Shown: positions 15,908 to 23,373 of the stretch, one piece after another
Numbering within the stretch: the first letter of the stretch is position 1
How the letters are laid out: the number at the start of each line of letters is the position of its first letter
DNA from: Nocardia uniformis NBRC 13702
GTDB lineage: Bacteria > Actinomycetota > Actinomycetes > Mycobacteriales > Mycobacteriaceae
Length of the DNA stretch: 24,000 nucleotides
Direction: 5' to 3'
NCBI RefSeq assembly: GCF_001613345.1
Contig: NZ_BDCE01000044.1
Location: 97,750 to 121,749, forward strand
Notes under the pieces: model-generated
The model's input: only the letters and a program-made list of their open reading frames with translations
Database searches by the model: none
Told to the model about the DNA's origin: nothing
Translations under genes and position numbers: made by a program

Positions 15908-16222
15908 TCAACCGGTATGGGCGGACAGTGCTCGGGTTTCGATCTCGAGGCCGCCGGTGGCGGTGAGGGCCGCGCCGTAGGTGATGCGCCGTTCCTGTGA
16001 ATCGTCGCGGGCATCGGTGTTGTGCACGGTAAGGCAACTCACCGCACCGAAATTCACTATCAGGTAGCGGTTTTCGACCGTGTCCGTCTACGTGGTGAGG
16101 GTGACGGTGAAGATCTGTCCGCGCGCGATCCAGTCACGGGCGGCGGCCGCGACCGCGGGCGATTCGGCATCGGGGAAGTGCAGGCTGAAGGGCAGGTTGG
16201 GGGAGTCCAGGTAGGTCGCCAT
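15908..16222 (-). pseudogene. Small ORF (104 codons) interrupted by an in-frame TAG
   Basis: ATG at 16220-16222; 'MATYLDSPNLPFSLHFPDAESPAVAAAARDWIARGQIFTVTLTT' then TAG (16088-16090) then 'TDTVENRYLIVNFGAVSCLTVHNTDARDDSQERRITYGAALTATGGLEIETRALSAHTG' and TGA (15908-15910). GC3 is very high before the stop and still high after it, so both halves look coding. It is absent from the ORF track because each piece is under 60 aa. Confidence 0.55.
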
Positions 16223-16332
16223 GACGGACCGTGTCCGATCTTGTTGCGCTGGTTTGTCTTCGGAGGTGAAGCCGTAATCCTGTAGATCCCAAGTGTAGAC
16301 CTACAGCGTTGACACAATGTCCCGAACAGTGT

Positions 16333-16611
16333 CTACTGAGAGCAGCAGCAGTTCCGCGCGAAGGCTTCGAGGATCGCGATGATCGTCACCATCGAGCTAC
16401 TCGTGCTCCACACCGACTCGAGTCGCAATACCGCCCACGCGAACTGCCGCATGTCGACGCAGGGACCTCACCTGCACACCTCCGCCATCTCCGCGACGTC
16501 GCAGCAGCAGCCGCACCCGGCAATGTGGCCGGGCCCGGTCCGGGGCCCGATCCCCGCCTCGATATCGCGGCGCCGATCGGCGGCCGGACAATGGTCGGCC
16601 TCGCCTTTCAC
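16333..16611 (-). pseudogene. Cys-rich reading frame (92 codons) interrupted by an in-frame TGA, divergent from the sigma-factor gene
   Basis: GTG at 16611; 'VKGEADHCPAADRRRDIEAGIGPRTGPGHIAGCGCCCDVAEMAEVCR' then TGA (16468-16470) then 'GPCVDMRQFAWAVLRLESVWSTSSSMVTIIAILEAFARNCCCSQ' and TAG (16333-16335). GC3 is high and first codon positions are G-rich (about 40 percent by my count, against about 23 percent for the competing plus-strand frame). That is the expected signature of real coding sequence in high-GC genomes. Confidence 0.3.
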
Positions 16612-16713
16612 GTAACCGGGCCACCCGATACGCGGCGGCCCCGATCCCGTTCACCATCGCCGGTGTTCGGTGTACCCACCCTGTCGACTGCAGCTGGATT
16701 AGAGGCAGAACCG

Positions 16714-17529
16714 ATGAGTACTCCATCGACAACGACGCCCACTCGACCGAGATATGCACGCGGTGGCAATGATAGCTACGACAATATCGAGCCATCGTTC
16801 GCTCGACTCGCCGCGTTGGACCCCACCGACCCGCATCGAATCGCGTTGCGGGAGGAGCTGATCGGCCGCTGTCTACCGCTGGCCGAACATATCGCCCGCA
16901 AGTTCGCCCAGCGCGGTGAGAATGCCGAGGACCTACTGCAGTGCGCCCGGGTGGGGGTGGTGCTCGCCGTCGATCGATTCGATCCCGATTACGGTGCGCC
17001 CTTTCTGGCCTTCGCGGTGCCGACGATCATGGGCGAGGTCCGCAGACACTTCCGCGACTTCACCTGGGCAGTGCGAATACCGCGGCGACTCAAGGAGATT
17101 CACCAGGCGATCGGCCCCGCCGTCGATCTGCTGTGTCAACAGCTCGGCCGCATGCCCACCGCCACGGAGATCGCCGACGAGCTCGGCATCGATCGTGTCG
17201 AAGTAACCCGGGCGCTGGTGGCTCGCAATGCCTACCGCACCTGCTCGCTCGAGGAGCCGGTCGGCAATGACGCCGACTCCGCGCCGATCTCCGTCCGCGA
17301 CAGCCTCGGTGCCGACGAGCCGGACTATGGCGTCATCGAGGACCGCCTGACTGTGCGGCCCCTGATCAAAGCCCTCGCTGAACGGGAACGCGAAGTGCTG
17401 ATCCTGCGGTTCTTCGAATCCCAGCGCCAAATCGATATCGCGGAACGACTCGGCGTCTCCCAGATGCAGGTTTCGCGCGTCTTGGCTCGAACTCTCAATG
17501 CGTTGCGCGAGCAGGCGTTACTCGACTGA
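16714..17529 (+). CDS. sigF: SigB/SigF/SigG-subfamily (group 3) RNA polymerase sigma factor, SigF-like
   Basis: Close to what I remember of M. tuberculosis SigF: 'RCLPLAEHIARKF', 'FLAFAVPTIMGEVRRHFRDFTWAVRIPRRLKE', and region 4 HTH 'QIDIAERLGVSQMQVSRVLARTL'. ATG at 16714 gives 271 aa. The longer track ORF N-terminus is Pro/Arg/His-rich and not protein-like. Confidence 0.9.
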   Translation: MSTPSTTTPTRPRYARGGNDSYDNIEPSFARLAALDPTDPHRIALREELIGRCLPLAEHIARKFAQRGENAEDLLQCARVGVVLAVDRFDPDYGAPFLAFAVPTIMGEVRRHFRDFTWAVRIPRRLKEIHQAIGPAVDLLCQQLGRMPTATEIADELGIDRVEVTRALVARNAYRTCSLEEPVGNDADSAPISVRDSLGADEPDYGVIEDRLTVRPLIKALAEREREVLILRFFESQRQIDIAERLGVSQMQVSRVLARTLNALREQALLD

Positions 17530-17591
17530 ACATTGCGGCGCTGCTGAGCGCGGCGAACAGCCCGACATCCAACTATCCAGGAGAAAATGAA

Positions 17592-17855
17592 ATGAGAACA
17601 TTCGCGAACGAGGGCAGACAGATGCGCAGGGGTGGCCGCTCGAGGATCTCCAGCCTGGTCACGGTGCTGGTGTTGGTATGGCTGATTATCGGTGCCGTCG
17701 CCGCCGGGCAACGGGACTACTTCGGTAGCGCGCCGACCAACTGCGCGAGCACCGGAACCATCGCGGTGACCATCCTGGCCGGGCCGCTCAACTACCTCGG
17801 CATGAATCCGACGGTGGATGACTGCAAGGTCGATCTCCCGCAACCCAGCCCGTGA
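17592..17855 (+). CDS. Small membrane protein (87 aa), probably co-transcribed with the sigma factor
   Basis: SD AGGAGA (17579-17584) precedes the ATG at 17592. The product has a basic N-terminus, one clear TM helix 'ISSLVTVLVLVWLIIGAVAAG', and a short tail with two Cys. It lies 62 nt after the sigF-like stop. Confidence 0.65.
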   Translation: MRTFANEGRQMRRGGRSRISSLVTVLVLVWLIIGAVAAGQRDYFGSAPTNCASTGTIAVTILAGPLNYLGMNPTVDDCKVDLPQPSP

Positions 17856-18141
17856 CCTGAGCAGCCTGCGGAATTGGTCCGAACCGTCCCTCTGACCCGC
17901 GCGCTCCCGGCAGCGTTCGGGGCGCTGCTGTTGATGTGCCCATGTGACCTTTTGTGCCAGAGTTCAATTGGATACTGGCAAGATCGGTCATCAGCATGGA
18001 TCATGGCCCGCGCGACAACTCCTGTCGACGGGAGTCGCAGCCTGGGCTGCCATCGGTCGCGGGCAATCAGCTGAGAGACTTTCGGAATGAATCACGTTGT
18101 GCGAGTAGACATTACCGCTACCGGTCGCCAGCGCGGAAAGT

Positions 18142-18176
18142 GAATGCGCCCCGAACGAATCGGTCGGGGCGCATTC
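18142..18176. terminator. Strong orphan hairpin in a ~380-bp non-coding gap
   Basis: Perfect 13-bp stem GAATGCGCCCCGA (18142-18154) / TCGGGGCGCATTC (18164-18176) with a 9-nt loop. It lies 287 nt after the previous stop and 59 nt before the lipoprotein start. Confidence 0.4.
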
Positions 18177-18234
18177 GATTGACCGCTGCGGGCGCAGCAC
18201 TCGGACAATGCGATCGCGATGACCAAGGGACAAT

Positions 18235-18657
18235 ATGAGATTTGCTGCGGTGCTCGCTATTACGTCAACAGTCGCACTCCTGGCGGCGTGCGGTTTCGGG
18301 GACGGCTCCGCCACGCTCACCGACGACCAGCTGGCACGTGAGTACTCCCGGACCGTCTACGGCACATCTCTCGACGACGATGCGGCCGGGCCGGAGGAGG
18401 CCACGCGGGCAATCGTCGAACTCGTCTCCGATCACTGTGCGGTGCTGGGCGATATGCGGGAGAGGGGGCTGATCTCCACGGACCCGGAATACTCGACGAA
18501 TGCGAGCGGCCTGGCCTCGCTGGAAGTGCGGTTCGGGCAGGAAGCGGGCTTCACGGCTCGCCAGACACGCGACGCCCTGGGCATCAGCGCCCGCTTCCGC
18601 TGCGATGAATTCACCCCGATGCTGCGCGCCTACGACGCGGCCAATGCCGTCGACTGA
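18235..18657 (+). CDS. Lipoprotein (140 aa), function unknown
   Basis: Signal peptide with lipobox: 'MRFAAVLAITSTVALLAAC|GFG'. SD AAGGGA lies upstream. The mature part is acidic. Confidence 0.8.
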   Translation: MRFAAVLAITSTVALLAACGFGDGSATLTDDQLAREYSRTVYGTSLDDDAAGPEEATRAIVELVSDHCAVLGDMRERGLISTDPEYSTNASGLASLEVRFGQEAGFTARQTRDALGISARFRCDEFTPMLRAYDAANAVD

Positions 18658-18849
18658 GCTTCCCGGGCAACCACGGGCCAGCTCACTAGTGTCTTCCGAT
18701 ACCTGGCGCTACACGACCCCCGGCCGGACGCCTCGACCGCTGACAAACCAACTACCCTGTGGTGTACGCCATCTGGGCCTGGATTGTGGTTCTGGCCTTT
18801 CCGCCGCTGTTCGGGTTTCGGTAGCTCGCGAAAGCCGTCCCGAGACCCG

Positions 18850-19470
18850 TCACCCCGGGGTGAGGGCCGGTGCCAGCAGCCGGGCCGCTTGGTCGATGAC
18901 CCACGGTTTGTCGATATAGGGCGGCGGGTCGATGGCGATGCGGAAGCATGCGGTGGCGAATACCGCCATGCCGATGTAGACCATCGATTCGCGCTGTTCG
19001 CGGGTGAGGTCGGGGCGGACGATGGTGATCAGGAGCCGACCGAAATGTCCCAAGGTCTGTTCGATTTCGGGAAATACATTGCTGTAGAGGCCCAGTGGCG
19101 CTTCCGATAGCAACGCTCGGACGACACCGCGGTGGGTTTCGATCGCCTCGACCATGGTGGCGGTGAGGTGTCGGAACCCGTCGACCGGTTCGAGATTGTC
19201 CGAGACCGATGCCGACATGGCGGCCGTGAGCGTTGCCGTGATCTCGGTGGCGGTGCGATCACGCACCGCCTCGACCAATTCCGCCTTGTCCGCGAAATAG
19301 CGGTACAGGGTGCCGACGCTGACCCCGGCTTCCCGCGCCACGTGGTTGGTTGTCAGGTGGGCATAGCCGTGCGCGGTCAAAACCCGAGCAGTGGCGTCGA
19401 TCAAGGTGGCGGTGGTGTCACGAGAGCGCTGCTGTACCGGCCGGATTCGCTTGGGCCTGGGCATTCGCAC
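18850..19470 (-). CDS. TetR/AcrR-family transcriptional regulator
   Basis: N-terminal HTH 'LTTNHVAREAGVSVGTLYRYFADKAELV', about 200 aa in total. Start is GTG 19470, or ATG 19464. Confidence 0.9.
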   Translation of the reverse strand: MRMPRPKRIRPVQQRSRDTTATLIDATARVLTAHGYAHLTTNHVAREAGVSVGTLYRYFADKAELVEAVRDRTATEITATLTAAMSASVSDNLEPVDGFRHLTATMVEAIETHRGVVRALLSEAPLGLYSNVFPEIEQTLGHFGRLLITIVRPDLTREQRESMVYIGMAVFATACFRIAIDPPPYIDKPWVIDQAARLLAPALTPG

Positions 19471-19482
19471 CGCCGAAGTATG

Positions 19483-19561
19483 TGACTCGAATGGGGTGAA
19501 TCCGAGTAGAAGTCGAATCTGTTTTCACCTTAGCGTTGAGGTAGGGATTCGTCACTCAACG
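19483..19561. promoter_or_regulatory. Candidate TetR operator(s) in the divergent intergenic region
   Basis: Inverted repeat CGTTGAG (19534-19540) / CTCAACG (19555-19561), plus GTGACTCGAAT (19483-19493) against ATTCGTCAC (19547-19555). This region is more AT-rich than its surroundings. Assignment is by position only. Confidence 0.3.
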
Positions 19562-19574
19562 AGGAGTTTTCGAC

Positions 19575-20609
19575 GTGACCAGCGCATCAGAACGTGCAGC
19601 AGCAACCGCCGTATTCCGTCGCGGGGGGCCGCCGGTCGCGGCCGGAACCTCGATCGGGCCGGACGGACAACCCGACTACGGCTACTTCGGTCCCGCCACG
19701 GTGGTGTGGCGGGTCCTGACCCATCCGGCGGTCCCCTCCATGATCGCCCAGGTCACCGGACTACTGGAAGTGGCTGAGGCGGGGCTGTTCTCGGCCGTCT
19801 TCGACCACGACCCGCTGACCCGCGCGACGCTACGCGGCAGGGTGCGCCCGTCGATGGTGAACGATCGCCTGCGGCGCACGGTCGGCGTTCCGGTACCGAT
19901 CATCCTCGGCGATAAGCACACCGCGGATCGCGTCGCCGCTCACCTGCGCCGATTCCACAGCCGAATGCAGGGCACCATTCCCGCGACAGGCGAACCCTAC
20001 GACGCCGCGGGCTCGGATCTCGTGGTCTTCGCGCACGTGACGATCATGCACGCCGCACTGCTCGTGTATGAGCGGACCGCGTTCGAGGGAGGTCTCCCGA
20101 GGCGGCTCGACGACGAGGACCGGGACCGCTACTTCGCCGAGGCCGCCCGTTTCGGGGAACTGATGGGCGCTCGCCCCGAAGACATTCCACGATCGGTCGC
20201 GCAGGTCCACGAGTACTACCGCAACCATGCCCCGCAGTACTACCGCCGCGGCGGTGACGAACCAGTTCTCGTCGGCACACTACTCGCGATCGTGCGAATG
20301 CTGCGTCACCCGGGCGATGTCGATACCGCGCTGATCATGCTGGTACTCATGGCGAGCGGTATCGCGGCGTTCGGCATCGTTCCCGGGCCTGTCCGCCGCC
20401 TGTACGGCATACCGAAAGTCGCCGATCCCCTTGTCGCGACGGCATTCCGGTTGACCCAGCCCCTCTACGCCCTGCTCGCGATTCCTCCGATCGGAGACCG
20501 CGTGAATACCTACGTTGCCGGTCCGGACGCGGTGTCGCTGGCTCGATCGGCCCGGCAGCTGATGCACCGGGCTCACTCGCCACGTCACCTGTGGCGAGCG
20601 GCGTCGTAG
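19575..20609 (+). CDS. MpaB/Lcp-superfamily oxygenase (DUF2236)
   Basis: SD GAGGAG lies 8 nt before the GTG at 19575. The product has DUF2236-like features ('GYFGPATVVWRV..HPA', 'LRRT.GVPVPIILGD...A..VAAHLRRFHSRMQG', 'VFAHVTIMHAALLVYE'). There is no signal or Tat motif, so it is not a secreted latex-clearing protein. Confidence 0.7.
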   Translation: MTSASERAAATAVFRRGGPPVAAGTSIGPDGQPDYGYFGPATVVWRVLTHPAVPSMIAQVTGLLEVAEAGLFSAVFDHDPLTRATLRGRVRPSMVNDRLRRTVGVPVPIILGDKHTADRVAAHLRRFHSRMQGTIPATGEPYDAAGSDLVVFAHVTIMHAALLVYERTAFEGGLPRRLDDEDRDRYFAEAARFGELMGARPEDIPRSVAQVHEYYRNHAPQYYRRGGDEPVLVGTLLAIVRMLRHPGDVDTALIMLVLMASGIAAFGIVPGPVRRLYGIPKVADPLVATAFRLTQPLYALLAIPPIGDRVNTYVAGPDAVSLARSARQLMHRAHSPRHLWRAAS

Positions 20610-20634
20610 GAATTGACAGGAAGCCCAGCCGATG

Positions 20635-20644
20635 CGAATATTCG
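20635..20644. promoter_or_regulatory. Perfect palindrome CGAATATTCG, candidate IclR autoregulatory operator
   Basis: Located 50 nt upstream of the IclR start. The same 10-mer recurs twice at 21713-21744. Confidence 0.5.
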
Positions 20645-20693
20645 TTTCCGTTAGGGCGAGAATCTGGATCACTTCGCGGCGTGGGGGTTTTCG

Positions 20694-21599
20694 GTGTCGG
20701 AGGACAGGGGCGGATCGGCCCGGCATTCGCCACCGACGGACCGGGTGGTGGCCGTGGTCGATCTCCTCGCCGCGCTCGGATCTCCCGCCACCGCGGCGGA
20801 TCTGGCCGATACGCTCGAACTCAGCCGCTCGACGGTCGGCGCGATTCTCGGCTCGCTACAGGCGCACGGCTGGGTCAGTCGCCTGCCTGATCTCCGCTAT
20901 GTGCTCGGCCCGGCTCTCCTGGTCACCGCGGACCGGGTGCGGGCGGCGCTTCAGGGTCCCACCGATGTGATGGGACTGCTCGACGGCTTGGCGGCCCGGG
21001 TCGGCTGCGGTGCCGCCCTGAGCCTGGTCGATTCGGGACAGTTGGTCTTCATTGCCGTCACGCGCGGCCTCGGCCATATCCCCGCGGGTGTGGAGGTGGG
21101 ACTGCGGCTTCCGCTGCACGCCCCGGGTGGTGCGGCCGTCGTCGCGTACGCCGACGATCCGGTCCAGCGGGACTGGATCGACAGCGCCGCTGCCGGGCAG
21201 CGTGACCAGCTCCGACGCGGACTCGAACAGATCGCCGAGCACGGATTCGCGGTCTGGGGTGCCGACGTCGCCGACCTGCACCGCATCGATGTGCTGGGAC
21301 GGGTCGTCGCGCACCTGTCCACCAATGCCACGAATCAGCAATTGCGCGAGGATGTCCAAGCGCTGATGGCGGAAACCGGCGGGCGGCTGCACACCGCGGC
21401 CGCACTCGACAGCGCGGACTCGCTGCCGATCAGCTACCTGGCCGCCCCGGTTTTCGACCATGATGGAAAAGCGCTGTGGGAGTTGCAGATCGGTCCACTC
21501 CGCGCCTCGGTCACGCGGGCTGAACGGCGGCGCTATATCGACGAGCTCGGCTCGGCCGCGCGTACGCTCGGCTCCCTCCTGAGCCCTGGTTCCCGCTGA
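20694..21599 (+). CDS. IclR-family transcriptional regulator
   Basis: N-terminal winged HTH 'RVVAVVDLLAALGSPATAADLADTLELSRSTVGAILGSLQAHGWV', followed by an IclR-type effector domain of the expected length. GTG start at 20694, 6 nt after GGGGG. Confidence 0.85.
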   Translation: MSEDRGGSARHSPPTDRVVAVVDLLAALGSPATAADLADTLELSRSTVGAILGSLQAHGWVSRLPDLRYVLGPALLVTADRVRAALQGPTDVMGLLDGLAARVGCGAALSLVDSGQLVFIAVTRGLGHIPAGVEVGLRLPLHAPGGAAVVAYADDPVQRDWIDSAAAGQRDQLRRGLEQIAEHGFAVWGADVADLHRIDVLGRVVAHLSTNATNQQLREDVQALMAETGGRLHTAAALDSADSLPISYLAAPVFDHDGKALWELQIGPLRASVTRAERRRYIDELGSAARTLGSLLSPGSR

Positions 21600-21712
21600 T
21601 CGCCCGGCCGACCGCGTTGATCGTCGGCCCGACCGCGCGAATCGCGGCAATCCGCGAATGCTGTTGAATACCTTGCCTTCTTCCGGCCGCTCTTCTACCG
21701 TGTAGCGCCATG

Positions 21713-21744
21713 CGAATATTCGGAACAATTGGACCGAATATTCG
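21713..21744. promoter_or_regulatory. Two perfect CGAATATTCG palindromes 22 bp apart, candidate IclR operator of the downstream gene
   Basis: The copies are at 21713-21722 and 21735-21744, about two helical turns centre to centre. They are embedded in a near-palindromic 34-mer GCGAATATTCGGAACAATTGGACCGAATATTCGC, 64-95 nt upstream of the GTG at 21808. Confidence 0.55.
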
Positions 21745-21807
21745 CACTCGGCCGGATGTTCTCGTCAGCGGTGAACGCCCCGGCACCCACAATTCAGGGA
21801 GTACTCC

Positions 21808-23238
21808 GTGATCGAGAGACTGGGTCGCGCCGCCGCGACCGTCGCGTTGGGCATGGCAGTGATGCTGACCGTCACGACCGGATCGGCCGCCGCCTTCGGT
21901 TCCCTACCACCGGCCAACCCCCACCTCGGGCCCCTCGGTACCGCCACCATGCACGGTGACGCCGAATCCTCCGACGCCACACCGTTCGCGGGCCCGGGCA
22001 CCGGGAATGTGGACAGCGATTTCCGGGAACTCGCCGCCGCGTGCCCGACCATCCTGCAGGGCGCGGACGGTATGCCGCAGGCGCTGTGCACGAAAGTCAT
22101 CGACCGAGCCCCGAAGGTGTTCCTGCTCGATCCGGCCAACGGCCGACCTCTCGCCTCACTGGATTTGGCGAAGGGCAGCCTGCTCGGCGGCGTGTACGCC
22201 TACCTCGACAATCACGACCGCATGGTCACCGTGGACGGCAGCGGTCAGCTCCTGCGCATCGGGCATCGACAGGCGGGGGGTGATTGGCAGGTGTTCATCG
22301 AATCGAGAAACGATATCGCGCAAGCGGTTTCGGGTCACTGCGGTGGAGGTGACTGCGACGCGGTCAGTTCGGTCATGGCCGATTTCGCCGGCCGGGTGTG
22401 GTTCGCCACCGACAATGCCGCGGCCGGTTTCCTCGATCCGGCCACCGGCATCGCGCGCTCGATCGTGCTCGGTCCCGGTGAGAAAGTGGCGAACAGTATC
22501 TCGACCGCCCCCGAGGGCGTGGCGATCACGACGACGCATGCGCTGTACCTGGTCGACGTCGACAGTTCGGGCAATCCGCAGGTGCTGTGGCGGGAGGCCT
22601 ACGATCGCGGCCCCGCCCGCAAGCCCGGTCAGCTGAGCTGGGGCTCGGGTGCCACTCCCACCTACTTCGGGCCGGGCAGCGGCACGGAATACCTGGCCAT
22701 TACCGATAATGCGGTACCCAAGGTGAATCTGCTGGTCTTCGACACCACCACCGGTAATCGCGTCTGTTCGGTGCCGACCGTGGCAGGCACCGAGAACTCC
22801 CCGATCGGCTCCGGCAACAGTCTGTTCATCGCCAGCACCTACGGCTACCCCTATCCGGCCGTCCCCGAGGGGGCCGGTCCCAGCGAACCGGCCAACGCCA
22901 AATTCACCGGCGGTATCGTCCGCGTCGACGTCACCGGCTCCGGCTGCCAGGTGAAGTGGACCAATGACGCGCTCTCCGCGGCGGTTCCGCGCCTCTCGGT
23001 GGCCGACGGCAAGATCTACACCGTCACCCGCCACACTCTCATCCCGACCGGCAGCGTCGGCGTGACCGATAGCTTCCGCTACGCGGTCATCGACGCCGCT
23101 ACCGGCCGCATCGAGAAGGAGAAGGTCATCGGTGCCACCGCGATACACAACACCCTGCAGATGGTCGGCACCATCTCACCGGATCGCACGCTCTATCAAG
23201 GCACCATGACCGGACTGTTCCGCATCGCACCGCGATAG
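21808..23238 (+). CDS. Secreted protein of unknown function (476 aa), repeat/beta-rich, six Cys
   Basis: SD AGGGAG precedes the GTG at 21808. Sec-type signal 'MIERLGRAAATVALGMAVMLTVTTGSAAA|F'. GC3 is high throughout. The sequence is Gly/Thr/Ser/Val-rich with a beta-strand-like pattern, compatible with a propeller-like fold. I recognise no catalytic motif. Confidence 0.8.
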   Translation: MIERLGRAAATVALGMAVMLTVTTGSAAAFGSLPPANPHLGPLGTATMHGDAESSDATPFAGPGTGNVDSDFRELAAACPTILQGADGMPQALCTKVIDRAPKVFLLDPANGRPLASLDLAKGSLLGGVYAYLDNHDRMVTVDGSGQLLRIGHRQAGGDWQVFIESRNDIAQAVSGHCGGGDCDAVSSVMADFAGRVWFATDNAAAGFLDPATGIARSIVLGPGEKVANSISTAPEGVAITTTHALYLVDVDSSGNPQVLWREAYDRGPARKPGQLSWGSGATPTYFGPGSGTEYLAITDNAVPKVNLLVFDTTTGNRVCSVPTVAGTENSPIGSGNSLFIASTYGYPYPAVPEGAGPSEPANAKFTGGIVRVDVTGSGCQVKWTNDALSAAVPRLSVADGKIYTVTRHTLIPTGSVGVTDSFRYAVIDAATGRIEKEKVIGATAIHNTLQMVGTISPDRTLYQGTMTGLFRIAPR

Positions 23239-23373
23239 CGGTACTGACCGTGGCTGCGGCCGCACCGTCCGGAACTACTGTCCCGCAACCTGATCGGTAC
23301 GCAATCGCCTGGGTCGACGCCGCCGCCCAAGTGGGTGGTCGCAGGTACCGCGCGTTTCGTGACCGAGCCGCCC

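Noticed and set aside
15283-16014. 243-aa minus-strand ORF, and the 142-aa plus ORF at 14907-15335
   Set aside because: Pro/Arg/Ser-rich, not protein-like, and overlapping better local frames. The region is treated as eroded DNA.
16088-16470. Recoding of the in-frame TAG (16088) as pyrrolysine, or of the TGA (16468) as selenocysteine
   Set aside because: There are no pyl or sel genes and no obvious SECIS-like hairpin directly downstream. Two different stop types in adjacent decayed frames beside an IS are explained more simply by pseudogenisation or sequencing error.
17874-18074. 66-aa plus ORF with a signal-peptide-like start 'LTRALPAAFGALLLMCPC'
   Set aside because: TTG start without an SD, codon bias decays after about 25 codons, and the rest is Ser/Arg-rich. 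Probably non-coding.
18850-18863. 14-bp perfect palindrome TCACCCCGGGGTGA
   Set aside because: It overlaps the last codons and stop of the TetR gene (…TPG*). It is most likely incidental and too short, without a loop, to act as a terminator.
21713-21744. Possible CRISPR-like or tandem repeat array
   Set aside because: There are only two closely spaced 10-bp palindromes plus one distant copy, with no spacer-repeat periodicity and no cas genes. I interpret them as operator sites.
22156-23148. 330-aa minus-strand ORF opposite the secreted-protein gene
   Set aside because: It is an antisense shadow, Arg/Gly/Asp/Ala-rich. The plus frame has a signal peptide, an SD and better composition.
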